A stretch of DNA of 64,000 bases from a virus (IMGVR_UViG_3300033047_000025:2648-66647), one strand, 5' to 3'; shown: positions 49,441 through 59,316, counted from the stretch's first letter. Notes: generated by a model not told the origin, from the sequence alone. Made by a program: numbers and translations.

Positions 49441-50247
49441 CTACTCCCCCAGGTGATACCGCACCGACTGCCATCCATCGAACACGCCATACCTGCCTTC
49501 GACAGGTGTGACAACGTGTTCCATAGGAGAAGCGTGCTTGTCCTGCTCTAGCCTACGGAACAACTGCAGGTCGGACTCAGCGTCGCGATTACCGAAAAAG
49601 TTAAGGTAGCTGGCTCGAGCACATCTTGCCGCGCTGCATCGGGGCTGTTCGTCCTTAGGAATGTGAAACAACTCATTCGGCAACAGGAACGGAAGGTGCC
49701 AATCGTCCTTCTTCTTTACGGCTGGGCGAGAGGCAGCCTGCGCCTGCTTCATCTTCTGCGCTAGGTTCTGGATCTCGGGCTGCGCGTCATGTGCCAGTCG
49801 CAGTCCGTAGAAATGATCCATCCAAGGACCATTGAAAGTGAAAACAGCGGAGATCGTGAGGAACGGCTCAAGGATACGGTTAGCATGCTGCTTGTGCACG
49901 TTAGCATCAACCAGCGACTGGGCGGAAGATGCTGCAGATCGAGACGCTCGGATCCACTCGCGCCGAGCAGTTTCAGGGCTGGTGACCTCCGTGCCGGCAA
50001 CCATGCCTCGCTGATTCGAAAGGAAGTGAATCGGCACAACCGGGTCTGTTAAAACCTGATGGATCATCCTCTGCACAGGTACGGCACGGGATGACTGAGC
50101 ATTGCGCGCACACATCCGGTGCGACATCATCTGAGGATGGATGAACCGAGGGTAGCGCAACAGGAACGTAGTAACGCGGGATGACAACTTTTCGTTGACG
50201 GAGTCCGCAATTACCTCAGCACTCACGTGGTCGTATATCTCGATCAT
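49441..50247 (-). CDS. thyX: flavin-dependent thymidylate synthase
   Basis: SHRMCARNAQSSRAVP, HKQHANRILEPF, AQPEI, SAARCARASY and HASPMEH motifs. Confidence 0.92.
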   Translation of the reverse strand: MIEIYDHVSAEVIADSVNEKLSSRVTTFLLRYPRFIHPQMMSHRMCARNAQSSRAVPVQRMIHQVLTDPVVPIHFLSNQRGMVAGTEVTSPETARREWIRASRSAASSAQSLVDANVHKQHANRILEPFLTISAVFTFNGPWMDHFYGLRLAHDAQPEIQNLAQKMKQAQAASRPAVKKKDDWHLPFLLPNELFHIPKDEQPRCSAARCARASYLNFFGNRDAESDLQLFRRLEQDKHASPMEHVVTPVEGRYGVFDGWQSVRYHLGE

Positions 50248-50504
50248 AGGCTGGCCTTACACCTAAGGTGGCCAACAAGAGTGACTAGATCGGTATCTTG
50301 AAACATGTACATGCCACACCCAGTCAATTCAAACGCGGCACATCGGTCATTAGTACAACCTCCACCGGCGGTCATCACTTCCCAGGAGTTGATCGACATT
50401 TTGACATAGGTCCCTTTTTCAGATGGATGAATGAACACAGACTTAACGCCAAGCGTCGACAACGGCACGCGCTCACAGGTTTGTTCGATAGATATCTTAA
50501 GCAT
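50244..50504 (-). CDS. hypothetical protein
   Basis: ATGA coupling to thyX. Confidence 0.6.
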   Translation of the reverse strand: MLKISIEQTCERVPLSTLGVKSVFIHPSEKGTYVKMSINSWEVMTAGGGCTNDRCAAFELTGCGMYMFQDTDLVTLVGHLRCKASL

Positions 50505-50718
50505 GGTTTCTCTTAGGGTGAATTGATCCGTCTTGGGATCGTGAATTGATGATCTCCATGATGTCGATCACATATGCTACACGGCTCATGAACCACGAGT
50601 CGTCTTCGTCGGCCTTCCTCCAAACCATTGTCCCGTATGAATCAACACAGATTCCTGTCCGCCCGTTCTCCATGACAATGTCGCCGCTCTTGGCGCCTTC
50701 TGATCCGGTCCTAAACAT
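50497..50718 (-). CDS. hypothetical protein
   Basis: Overlapping chain of small ORFs. Confidence 0.55.
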   Translation of the reverse strand: MFRTGSEGAKSGDIVMENGRTGICVDSYGTMVWRKADEDDSWFMSRVAYVIDIMEIINSRSQDGSIHPKRNHA

Positions 50719-50905
50719 AGTGCATGGCCGCGATTCCTAGCGAGAAGATCAAGAGCATAGCGAAGATCCCCTGGATGTTGATGATAGAGTTATCCAATTT
50801 CATCGGAAATATATGGGACTTTCTGATGACCTCGCAGAGCAGGCAGAGTGACAGTAGGACGATGCTAACAGCTAGGGACCAGTAGGTGCTAATGGCTTCA
50901 ATCAT
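50711..50905 (-). CDS. small two-TM membrane protein
   Basis: Two hydrophobic segments. Confidence 0.6.
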   Translation of the reverse strand: MIEAISTYWSLAVSIVLLSLCLLCEVIRKSHIFPMKLDNSIINIQGIFAMLLIFSLGIAAMHYV

Positions 50906-51288
50906 TACCCACCCATGTAGATGTGATCTCCAGTCCGCGTGATCAAGCCCTCTAGGATCATATCGTCTACGGCCTTGTCGAACTCCTCGCGCGGCCGGTA
51001 GGAACCGATGGCAACCTTGATCCGAGCAATCTTGACGTGCTTGCCTTTTGGAGCAATCTTGTTCATGTGGCGCTCAATCAGGTCCTCCATTTTTGTTCGC
51101 GGGCGCCCGTGCCGGCCTCGGCGTGGCCCGCGAACCATGCTTGTGATGTAGGCCTTGAGTCGCGCTAGGTTGTCCTTCTGACCCCTGCTCCTGCAGGAGG
51201 TAGGCACAGTGTTGACGATGGTCTCCACGGCCTTTAGGACCCGTGGCGGAAAGTCTTCTTCTGAATCAGTCATCGACACAGCATACAT
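50905..51288 (-). CDS. hypothetical basic protein, winged-helix-like C-terminus
   Basis: 3' part of ORF 50905..51531; start near MYAVSMTDSEE. Confidence 0.55.
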   Translation of the reverse strand: MYAVSMTDSEEDFPPRVLKAVETIVNTVPTSCRSRGQKDNLARLKAYITSMVRGPRRGRHGRPRTKMEDLIERHMNKIAPKGKHVKIARIKVAIGSYRPREEFDKAVDDMILEGLITRTGDHIYMGG

Positions 51289-51314
51289 GGCGAAGTGCAA
51301 AAAACAATCAATAA

Positions 51315-51899
51315 CTACCCGATGACGAAAATGTTCTCGTCGCTGACGTAGAGATGCATCCCAGGTTCTAGCCTGTAGCTCTGGACGCTGACGACTGCCC
51401 CCAAAAGAAGGGCAGTCGGTGGTATGCGGACCGTAAGGAAAGATGCCTGCCAACCAGAAGGGGGCGAGACTATCGAGTAATCGTCCCAGGGAGACGGACC
51501 AAGCCACTCTAAGGTTGAAGTTGCCAGCCACAGCGCGGAAGGATACCCGAATACCACATTGTGGCCCACCACCGCGTAAGGTAGGTTGTAGGATACAGAG
51601 CTTAGCCAGACCAATGAGAACCAGTGCATCAGGTCGGCGTGCGGCTGGTAGGTCGGGACGGGGAGGTCAGCTAGAGCGGCTGAGAACAGATAGGTCGTGC
51701 CTCCTATCCTGGCACGTCGACCTAGACCATTATCAGGCAACGTATTGCCTGCCTCGGCGACGATTCTCACACGTTGCTGATTCGGCGTGCCCCCTGATTG
51801 AGTTCTAAGCGTGACCCCTACCCTGACGGCGTTAAGTGGTGCCTGCGCATGGATGGCGCTAGCAAAAGATAGAACTGCGCAAATTATTGCTGCCCGCAT
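51315..51899 (-). CDS. secreted protein with signal peptide
   Basis: MRAAIICAVLSFASAIHA-Q; C-terminal VRIPPTALLLGAVVSVQ. Confidence 0.75.
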   Translation of the reverse strand: MRAAIICAVLSFASAIHAQAPLNAVRVGVTLRTQSGGTPNQQRVRIVAEAGNTLPDNGLGRRARIGGTTYLFSAALADLPVPTYQPHADLMHWFSLVWLSSVSYNLPYAVVGHNVVFGYPSALWLATSTLEWLGPSPWDDYSIVSPPSGWQASFLTVRIPPTALLLGAVVSVQSYRLEPGMHLYVSDENIFVIG

Positions 51900-52010
51900 G
51901 ACTGTCTCCCTGGTATCTTATTCTGAGTTCACTCCTGATTCCGTAATGGTTGTGTGTCCCTGGTGCATTTTCTATTGTGTTTTGTTTTAGGTTCCGATCC
52001 TATCTGTGTC

Positions 52011-52301
52011 CTATGCAGAACCGGGCTTAGACCCAAGGTGATGTTCTAAAGTATCCGGGTATATGAATGGCTTCGTCCATTCAAGTGGATCCCCCACTAC
52101 CTGGGTATACTTCTCCACGACCCACGGACTGCTTTTCTTTGATGGCTCAAAGTTGATTACAGGCATACATCTCTTCATAATTGAACGAAGATCATATATT
52201 GCGTCTAAGCATTGGTTGATTCGATTCTTGTCACTCGATTCAGCAATCTCATCGATCAGAAACTCTATAGCAAGTTTGATGCTTTCGATCTCGTTGGACA
52301 T
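52011..52301 (-). CDS. hypothetical protein
   Basis: MSNEIES start with TAATG coupling. Confidence 0.6.
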   Translation of the reverse strand: MSNEIESIKLAIEFLIDEIAESSDKNRINQCLDAIYDLRSIMKRCMPVINFEPSKKSSPWVVEKYTQVVGDPLEWTKPFIYPDTLEHHLGSKPGSA

Positions 52302-54166
52302 TACATCACCCCAGGTGGAATCCAGCCACCGCCACCTTCTGTCACCTGCTCCCATATCTCCAGGGCGACAGCGTGATATGGTTCATGGAGCAAGATTACT
52401 GCAATGCCGGGAATCGCCCAAGTGCGTTCGTACCAGCCGGTCCGGTGACCCCCGAGGCCCTCCACCAGCTCAGATGCCGGCACGATCTCGCCGTTCCGCC
52501 ATCCGGTATGGTCCCAGTGAATCCATCGGCCATCGGTCTGCTTGCGCCAAGCATGGGCAAGGACAGCCTTCGCCGCTCGCAAAGCCAGATGGGAGCCCTC
52601 GACAGGCCCAAGTCGCGAGCATCCCAGATCGAGCCCATAGGCACCGAGAGACTGCTGATAATTCTGCTGTCCATATTGGTATCCGGTGAGCCCGCCAGTG
52701 ATACGAGGGTCGCTCCTCGGGTCCCAGATGTCACCGGGCTTGTCGGTGAACGCCGGGATATAGACCTTTTCGACCCGGTCGCGCCACCGCTGTCGGACAT
52801 GCAGGGCCATGTCGCGATCTTCGAGATTGTCCCAAAGGTGAACAGCGATGATGCCGGCATACCCGACAGCACGAGCCGCCCCTGGTGACGATGTTGCCTT
52901 GGCCGGGTCGACGGTTTCACCCATCAAAAAAAGTAGGGCTTGATTCCTTAACAGGTACTGAAGCGCTGGCGATCCAGTGTAGCGGGCTCCTGCAGTGAGG
53001 GTATTTGCTAACCAGTGCTGGCGATCCGGTCCCATCCAACCGCCAGAGGTGTCCCAGCCAGCGATAGCCCGGTTCTTTCCGAGTTGGTCTGAGCCAGAAG
53101 AATGGGGTCGACCTCCCCAAAGAACAAGGTTCGGGTGCGCGGCAGGATCGATCTGAGATCCGTCTGCTTCCAGGTAGTGGCTCGGACGGTTGGCCCACTT
53201 GCATGCGGACATGTAGACAACCCACTCAGCCCCTGCGGATCCCGGTAGCATAGGTTCTCCTCGTGCAAATAGCTGCTCCTCCTGAGCGCCTGACTGCCCG
53301 CTGTCTGCAGCGATAGCGAACGTTGGTCCCCAATCGTGAAGCCGTTCGGAAGCTGACGGGAAATGGGATCGAGCCCAGGAACGACCATCATACCCTTCGG
53401 GGTAAGTGGGGTTCCCGTCCATCAACAGGTTGCTAATACCGACCGCTCCGAGACCCATGGCCATTACCACTTGAGCGCTAGACCAGCTCTCTACATCGAG
53501 GTGCCTGAGAAATAGCACAGTGAACGGCACGACCCTAGCCTGCCCATCCGCAAACCGGGTCGCGTCGACAAGCGGTTGCCAGAACTGGCGCCCCATACCA
53601 ATCACAACGCCATCACCGATTGTTAAGCGCATGTCTTCTGCAACTTCGAATACGCCAGGAACGTTCGGGTTGCTCGAGGTGATCATAGCCTCACCGTGAA
53701 CGTAGGGTTCACCTGGGTAGTGCCGAAGCCAAACGTCGGCACACATAGTGGCGCCAGTTCGGGCTCGCATATGAACGAGCCACGCTGCCCCATCGGCTCG
53801 TAGGCTGATCCATTCCATGGGGTCACCGTTCAGGAGCATCGGCCCGCCAGTCCAATCCACCCCACGGGGGGGTGCTAGCCGGAACCCAGACGGCGAGGCG
53901 TCGGAGAGGTCAATCACCTTCTCTTGCCCTGGAGACAGTGTGACGCGCAGGTCTACGACCCGAACATCACGGCCAACCTTCCGGCCAACCACGTAGTCGA
54001 CGCCAGATACAGTACCAGCGTTATGTTCCGGGAACACGTCAATCGTAGTCCGCTTCCAGCCACTGAACGTGGTCGTGCCGTGATTTACCACGGTGACAGA
54101 CTGCGCTGCGAGTGCGCCGGAGAGTAGGACGAGGAGGGGCAGTCTTTTCATAATGGGTTCGATCAT
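52301..54166 (-). CDS. large secreted protein, possibly glycan-lyase/alpha-barrel fold
   Basis: Signal peptide MKRLPLLVLLSGALAA-Q (ATG 54151 or 54166); beta-rich N-terminal half, Trp/His-rich helical C-terminal half (DRQHW, RAVGY). Confidence 0.75.
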   Translation of the reverse strand: MIEPIMKRLPLLVLLSGALAAQSVTVVNHGTTTFSGWKRTTIDVFPEHNAGTVSGVDYVVGRKVGRDVRVVDLRVTLSPGQEKVIDLSDASPSGFRLAPPRGVDWTGGPMLLNGDPMEWISLRADGAAWLVHMRARTGATMCADVWLRHYPGEPYVHGEAMITSSNPNVPGVFEVAEDMRLTIGDGVVIGMGRQFWQPLVDATRFADGQARVVPFTVLFLRHLDVESWSSAQVVMAMGLGAVGISNLLMDGNPTYPEGYDGRSWARSHFPSASERLHDWGPTFAIAADSGQSGAQEEQLFARGEPMLPGSAGAEWVVYMSACKWANRPSHYLEADGSQIDPAAHPNLVLWGGRPHSSGSDQLGKNRAIAGWDTSGGWMGPDRQHWLANTLTAGARYTGSPALQYLLRNQALLFLMGETVDPAKATSSPGAARAVGYAGIIAVHLWDNLEDRDMALHVRQRWRDRVEKVYIPAFTDKPGDIWDPRSDPRITGGLTGYQYGQQNYQQSLGAYGLDLGCSRLGPVEGSHLALRAAKAVLAHAWRKQTDGRWIHWDHTGWRNGEIVPASELVEGLGGHRTGWYERTWAIPGIAVILLHEPYHAVALEIWEQVTEGGGGWIPPGVM

Positions 54167-55221
54167 GGGGTTGATGGTGATGCGTCCGCTAACCTGGACT
54201 TGGAGATTTCTACGTATTCTTTGTTCATTTCGATGCCTGTGAAATCCACACCTTCTTTGATGCACGCTACGCCAGTAGAGCCGGATCCCATGAACGGGTC
54301 TAGGATTACGGTGTCCGATGGCATGCGCACCATACGGACTAGCCACTGCATTAACGCTAAGGGCTTGACCGTAGGGTGGGTGTTGCCTTCGCCACGATCC
54401 TTCTTGGATGCCTTGGCGCAGTAAAAGAATCTGGACGCTGACTTGGTGTTTTCTGACCGTGCGGTCTTGGCATAGGGGGGTCCCATTTTTCCATAGCAGA
54501 CATTGGTCTGACGATCTCTACCGTTGGCCTTCAAGTCGCCCTGCTGCCCTGGCGCTTCGGGGAAAGCATCCAACACTTCATCGCTGCCATCATGCACTAC
54601 GTTGGCGGGCCAGCGACCGGCAGGCTGATCGAACGCCACGTCAGCCGTCTTACCTGGGGCCATCATTCCGGCAGAGGTATCTGATCGTGATGCGCCAGGA
54701 ATATCACTTCTATTTCCCTGCTGCCCGTAAGCTCCCCCATTCAGGTTATCGTCAGTAGCCACCCGACACCCATCCACGTTGATACCCGCCACACCATGCT
54801 CTAGTGCATTCGTAGCGAAGGTGCCTTTAAGCGGCTTCATGGCCAGGACGATCGGTTCCCATGCTGGCTTGAGGGCGGTGCCGTAGCCTTGCCACCCGTT
54901 GACCTTCTTGCCTATGTTGTGCGACTTCGGGAACCCTGAACCGTAGAGCCACATGAGGCAATCACGAATCTGGAACCCGGCATCTTCGATGCTGCACGTC
55001 AGACGGTGGTAAGTTCGTGTGCCACCGAACACTAGCGCTATACCCCCAGGTTTGAGAACACGCAAAGCTTCGCGCCAGATATCGCTAGAAGGCAGAACTT
55101 TATCCCACCCCTTACCCATGAATTGGAGTGCATAGGGAGGATCGGTAACGATGGATGTCACCGAATTGCTCGGCATGTCCCGCATCGCGTCGAGACAGTC
55201 ACCGTGTATAATTTCTATCAT
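54163..55221 (-). CDS. beta-class N6A/N4C DNA methyltransferase
   Basis: IIHGDCL, TDPPY, GSGFPKS, HPTVKP and DPFMGSGST motifs; ATG at 55221. Confidence 0.95.
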   Translation of the reverse strand: MIEIIHGDCLDAMRDMPSNSVTSIVTDPPYALQFMGKGWDKVLPSSDIWREALRVLKPGGIALVFGGTRTYHRLTCSIEDAGFQIRDCLMWLYGSGFPKSHNIGKKVNGWQGYGTALKPAWEPIVLAMKPLKGTFATNALEHGVAGINVDGCRVATDDNLNGGAYGQQGNRSDIPGASRSDTSAGMMAPGKTADVAFDQPAGRWPANVVHDGSDEVLDAFPEAPGQQGDLKANGRDRQTNVCYGKMGPPYAKTARSENTKSASRFFYCAKASKKDRGEGNTHPTVKPLALMQWLVRMVRMPSDTVILDPFMGSGSTGVACIKEGVDFTGIEMNKEYVEISKSRLADASPSTP

Positions 55222-55375
55222 CTGTCTGTCCCGTGAACTGTGTAAGAAATCCTCCGGCTGCGCCACATTGGTCTGTGCGCGCTGCTCAGGTGGGTGGTCT
55301 ACGCCCTGCTTGGTCAGCAAGCCAAGAGCACCGGAGGGTGACAAGGTGATCTTGCCAGAATGTTGTCGTATCGGG

Positions 55376-55666
55376 CTACCAATCGTAGTTGGAAGCCTCA
55401 GTCTCTGCCATTGAAATCGCCTCCTTTCGGGTCTTGGCTTGCCACTCCTCACCACTCCACCAGATATCCGATGGCAGGACCTTGGTCAGTAGCTGGCATC
55501 GCCAGCGCTGACTAGACGGCACCCTGGTGATCGGACATATCAGCTTGTCGATATCGCAAGACCATACCGCGCCCCATGTTCCTCCAATCTTTCGCAGCGT
55601 GGCGTTCGGCCTTGTTACCTCGCACGACCTGAGGACGGAGATCTTTTGCTTGTCGCTGAGCCTCAC
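55376..55666 (-). CDS. hypothetical protein
   Basis: GTGA coupling. Confidence 0.55.
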   Translation of the reverse strand: MRLSDKQKISVLRSCEVTRPNATLRKIGGTWGAVWSCDIDKLICPITRVPSSQRWRCQLLTKVLPSDIWWSGEEWQAKTRKEAISMAETEASNYDW

Positions 55667-55920
55667 AGCTCGATCACCCTGCCCTCTGGTTGTAAGGGCT
55701 TTAGCTTTATCGACTCGATGCGGCCGATTTTATCAAGGCGTAAGCGATCAGGCATGTAGATACAGCTATCGACAAGGCTGAAACAGGCGATTTCCGACTG
55801 GTCGGGCGTAGAGCTAAGGTAAACTTCACCGTAATCTATTACGACCATTACGGATGTTGGCCCAGCGTCTGTTCCTTCAGAGACAATATCGCCCTTTTTG
55901 AACACTTGTTTTGATGTCAT
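55663..55920 (-). CDS. hypothetical protein (KOW/SH3-like FKKGDIV start)
   Basis: ATGA coupling. Confidence 0.6.
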   Translation of the reverse strand: MTSKQVFKKGDIVSEGTDAGPTSVMVVIDYGEVYLSSTPDQSEIACFSLVDSCIYMPDRLRLDKIGRIESIKLKPLQPEGRVIEL

Positions 55921-56285
55921 TTCTTACCCTCAATGTCTATCGCGTCGCACATGTCGCGGATGTCGGCAATGGCCCATTCTAAGTGGAGATTTCCGTAGTA
56001 AAGTTCCTCATCCGAATACCTTTCAGGGTACATCGAAACCAATGTGTCTTGGATGGCTCTTTGTGCAGCGGGCCATGCGGGATTTGGAGAAGGCCCGATA
56101 AAGTGGGGATCGATATTGTCTATGCAACGCAAAGACGCACTCAAGGCGGGTCAGCCAACCCCTGAAACCACAAGTCTAAATAGGAACTTTTTCCTATCGC
56201 TCTGAATAAGTAATTCTACGTTATTCAAGCTGACTCGGATGGAGTCCGTTACGCCTGCATCACCAAGAAGTCCATATTTACTCAT
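55917..56285 (-). CDS. putative selenoprotein C (122 aa, in-frame TGA at codon 45, context GVG-U-PA)
   Basis: ATG 56285 overlaps the upstream stop (ATGA); TGA at 56151-56153 then CCC GCC; frame continues into ORF 55917..56144. Confidence 0.75.
56118..56136 (-). promoter_or_regulatory. bacterial SECIS-like hairpin
   Basis: GUCU-U-UGC-GUU-GCA-U-AGAC; loop GU at +23/+24 after the UGA. Confidence 0.65.
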
Positions 56286-56554
56286 TCGAGAGCTCCGATC
56301 AGAATTGATCCATCCTCAAAGTGGTCTCGTGCCCATTCTAGCGTGGTCGATTCGACGCACTCCTCGATAGCCTCGTGACCGTATGCGCCGATAAACTCGT
56401 ACGAGTCCGATATGACCGCCGACTTAATGTCCACGTCTGTATAGGCGCGAGCGCCAGGACTAGCAATCGACTCGACCTTATCGAACCCGATCAGAACTCC
56501 GCTAATCTCAACCTTGTGGTCCGAATCATTGTTCTCGTAGGGGTCGATACTCAT
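56282..56554 (-). CDS. hypothetical acidic protein
   Basis: 90 aa ORF in the operon. Confidence 0.65.
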   Translation of the reverse strand: MSIDPYENNDSDHKVEISGVLIGFDKVESIASPGARAYTDVDIKSAVISDSYEFIGAYGHEAIEECVESTTLEWARDHFEDGSILIGALE

Positions 56555-56627
56555 CGTTTTTCAGCCATGTTGAAAACTACTGTAGAAAGGTATAGTGAAG
56601 TAAAGGTTGGCCTTCACGGCATGAACT

Positions 56628-57242
56628 CTACACAGACGCGCCCCAAGAAACAAGTTCTTTCTTGATGATTTCTCGACGGTAAGTCATGTTGCAGATGTCA
56701 AGCATCTTGCCGAGCCAAAGCACCGTCGCCGCCCTGACGGACTCGTAGTTGTCGTCATCATCCTTATCGACTCTCCCGTCATACAGTCCTGGGTGTGCGA
56801 TCTCAAAGCAATCGGGGCACCATCTCTTCCCATTATGGACCAGCTTCAAGTATCGAGTCGTATGGCCAACTTTGCATAGGCCGCTTTGGAAGCGTATATC
56901 TACTTTCGATCCTCGCTGGTATACCCATGCGGTCTTGAGGCCCAGTTTACTGGCGATCTGTCGCCCGGTCTTTCCTTGCTTCGCTAGCTTTCTGATCTCG
57001 GCGTCATACTTTGAGCCCCGAAATACAGGTGACAAACCGCGAGCCTTGTCGATGGCTCGCAACGCCTTGATCCGTCTAGTATGGTAGCCAGTGCTTGCTT
57101 GCGATACAAGTTTGTAGTACTTGTCGCCAAGGAGCACCTTAAGGCTAGGTGATGGCAGGGACGCGATAAAGTCGGCAAGACGCTTCTTCTCCTTGGCTAT
57201 TCTAGCATTGAAGTACCGTAGCTTTTGTTCGGCGCTAACCAT
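56628..57242 (-). CDS. hypothetical DNA-binding protein (HTH plus Cys motif)
   Basis: GKTGRQIASKLGLKTAWV; CKVGH...WCPDC. Confidence 0.65.
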   Translation of the reverse strand: MVSAEQKLRYFNARIAKEKKRLADFIASLPSPSLKVLLGDKYYKLVSQASTGYHTRRIKALRAIDKARGLSPVFRGSKYDAEIRKLAKQGKTGRQIASKLGLKTAWVYQRGSKVDIRFQSGLCKVGHTTRYLKLVHNGKRWCPDCFEIAHPGLYDGRVDKDDDDNYESVRAATVLWLGKMLDICNMTYRREIIKKELVSWGASV

Positions 57243-58482
57243 TGGCGATCTCAATCTCATTCCTGAAGACTCCGAATGGCTTAGATTTCTCACCGTCTAG
57301 GACTACCCTGTAATGGAAAAAGTCTCCTTGGTTTCCACGCACTATGACGGTGCCAATTCGGAGTGACCTGGATTCGACATTCACCCTCACCTTATCACCA
57401 ACCTTGAAATCTAACTTTTCAGGCGTATGCTCTAATTGGTCTGACTCTACGGAGAAAGGAATACTAAGCATCTGAGACCCTTGAACATGAATTATGTCGG
57501 TTCGCACAACTCTGAGGTATAGGCCAGTGCTCTTACTCTTGACGATGTCGCCAACTTTGAAGGGTGGCTTAGGGGAAGGTCTTATCTTCTTTAACATGGG
57601 GTCGCACTCATTTTTAGGTTGGTGGGGATTGGGTTGAGGGTTATACATTTTTGATCCTTGTAAGTAAGAGACCGGCGAGAGTGCCCCGTTTTCGATGGCC
57701 CTACGCAAATCGATTACCGCCTGATTAGTTTTCAGGTTGTGGCGGTTTCCAGTAGTCTGCTCTTCCCATGTGTTAAGAGTAATCTGACACAGAACTGCCT
57801 TTGATGCCTCAATTAACGCACTCGAAGCAAACGCGGCACGCCGCTTCTCGGCCGCGCGCTCAGCGCGCAACTCCTTATTCAATGCGCGATCCTTGGACAC
57901 GATGCGAATATGGCGTTGCAAGTCTTCGGTCACAGCCCGGTGACGGGTGTGCTGGATTTCCATCTCCTCATGTAGGTCTGCGACTTGAGCCCGAAGGTCG
58001 TGAACCTGATCACGTAGTCTCTCGCGCGCGTAGCCCTCCTCTATTTCATGGCCAATCGGCTCGAATCCATCCTTGGCCATGTAGTCGTCGGCCGTTTTGT
58101 CAGAGGGCCTGAGCGTGTCCTGAACGACCGTCCCGCGATTCTCTTCGGCTTTGATGGCTTCACGAATCTTCCGCCGAATCACGGTGTTCGGATGTTCCTG
58201 CATCATGCCGTGCTCGCGCTTCCACTGGACCATCTCAGCGTTGTTGTCGTCAGTAAATGACATCCACTCATAAGCCAACTTCGCGGCCTCAAGCAACGCG
58301 CTCGAGGCGGGCTCCTGCTCGGCCTCGGCAAGGTCCTGCTTGTCATCCAGCTCGGCCAACGCATCAATGGCAATCATGTTGCCATGACTGTTCCCGTGTC
58401 GGTTACCGTTGCCTAAGCACGCCAACCTCTCCAAGACCACCCTCACGAATGGTAGTTCCGGTCTGCCTTCTAAATCACTCAT
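57235..58482 (-). CDS. multi-domain mosaic hypothetical protein
   Basis: Start MSDLEG at 58482; repeated ASSALLEAAK/ASSALIEASK, coiled coil, two FKVGD (KOW-like) units. Confidence 0.7.
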   Translation of the reverse strand: MSDLEGRPELPFVRVVLERLACLGNGNRHGNSHGNMIAIDALAELDDKQDLAEAEQEPASSALLEAAKLAYEWMSFTDDNNAEMVQWKREHGMMQEHPNTVIRRKIREAIKAEENRGTVVQDTLRPSDKTADDYMAKDGFEPIGHEIEEGYARERLRDQVHDLRAQVADLHEEMEIQHTRHRAVTEDLQRHIRIVSKDRALNKELRAERAAEKRRAAFASSALIEASKAVLCQITLNTWEEQTTGNRHNLKTNQAVIDLRRAIENGALSPVSYLQGSKMYNPQPNPHQPKNECDPMLKKIRPSPKPPFKVGDIVKSKSTGLYLRVVRTDIIHVQGSQMLSIPFSVESDQLEHTPEKLDFKVGDKVRVNVESRSLRIGTVIVRGNQGDFFHYRVVLDGEKSKPFGVFRNEIEIANG

Positions 58483-58798
58483 AAGTAACCTCCACCTCAA
58501 TACCGTGTCTGTTAGCGAGGGCAACGAATCGGTCTGCCATGTCGGCAGGTTTCGTCGTGAATGCCCTGAAATAGTCAACTGTTGTTCCGTACCCGAGCAT
58601 TCCAGAGAATATCCTTACACATATCCAGAGTCCGAGAGGATGGCCGAGCACGTCGGCATAAGATCGGGCTGGTCAACAGGTAAGTTCGATGCCGTTGATT
58701 ACTACGGGGCTGCCCTTCCAGTGGCCACTATTAGTCCATTCGGCGACGATCGGCGTGGATAAAGCAGCTTTGAGCGCCCTTCGTTCGAGAGTCTGCAT
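58475..58798 (-). CDS. putative selenoprotein D (107 aa, in-frame TGA at codon 42, context LTC-U-PA)
   Basis: MQTLERRALK...ELTC*PARSYADVLG...EVTYE*; TGA at 58673-58675; fills an otherwise empty gap and overlaps the next ATG by 8 nt. Confidence 0.78.
58640..58659 (-). promoter_or_regulatory. bacterial SECIS-like hairpin
   Basis: AU-GCCGA-CGUGC-UCGGC-C-AU; loop GU at +22/+23. Confidence 0.7.
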
Positions 58799-58857
58799 CT
58801 TTTTGCTCGTTATACCGTTGCCTTTCGCATCGTTTCTTCGTCGATCATGACTTGTAA

Positions 58858-59307
58858 CTACTCGCGGTCTCGCTCAACTTCCTTGGCAGGAAGTAGCTCG
58901 GCAAGCTCTTTTGTCCAGCTTTCGTGACCAGCTTGATCATGGTAGAACCAAGCGGTTTTACGGTTCACCTTCATGGCTGCTATGAGTCCCGTAGCCCATT
59001 TACTTACTTCTGGTTGGCATGCGTCACCGGAGATGGGTTGACCCTGGTGAGCCTTGAAGACGAAGGTAACTCTATCTGGGTCATACGTATCTTCTAGCCA
59101 TTCTCCCAAGCCGGTCTCTCGTCGGTATGCCTCACAGGCTAGGCCGATCAAGCAAAGGCAGTCCTGGCTATCCACAACTCGCCTGAGCGTTCCATGGGTA
59201 ATACCAAAGTCCTTTGAGACCTCACACATGGCATCGAGGGCGTGCTTACTGATGTTGGTTTGTCTCATCGTGACACTCTTTTGTTGTTCTTGCTTTGATG
59301 TCTTCAT
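58858..59307 (-). CDS. hypothetical phage protein with CxCxxGxxC motif
   Basis: GTLRR...DCLCLIGLACEAY. Confidence 0.7.
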   Translation of the reverse strand: MKTSKQEQQKSVTMRQTNISKHALDAMCEVSKDFGITHGTLRRVVDSQDCLCLIGLACEAYRRETGLGEWLEDTYDPDRVTFVFKAHQGQPISGDACQPEVSKWATGLIAAMKVNRKTAWFYHDQAGHESWTKELAELLPAKEVERDRE

Positions 59308-59316
59308 GCCGAGACC

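Noticed and set aside
55222-55383. Possible fifth TGA-CC site (TGC TGA CCA AGC, minus strand)
   Set aside because: It is followed by Pro-Ser and a TAG four codons later, so there is no extended reading frame.
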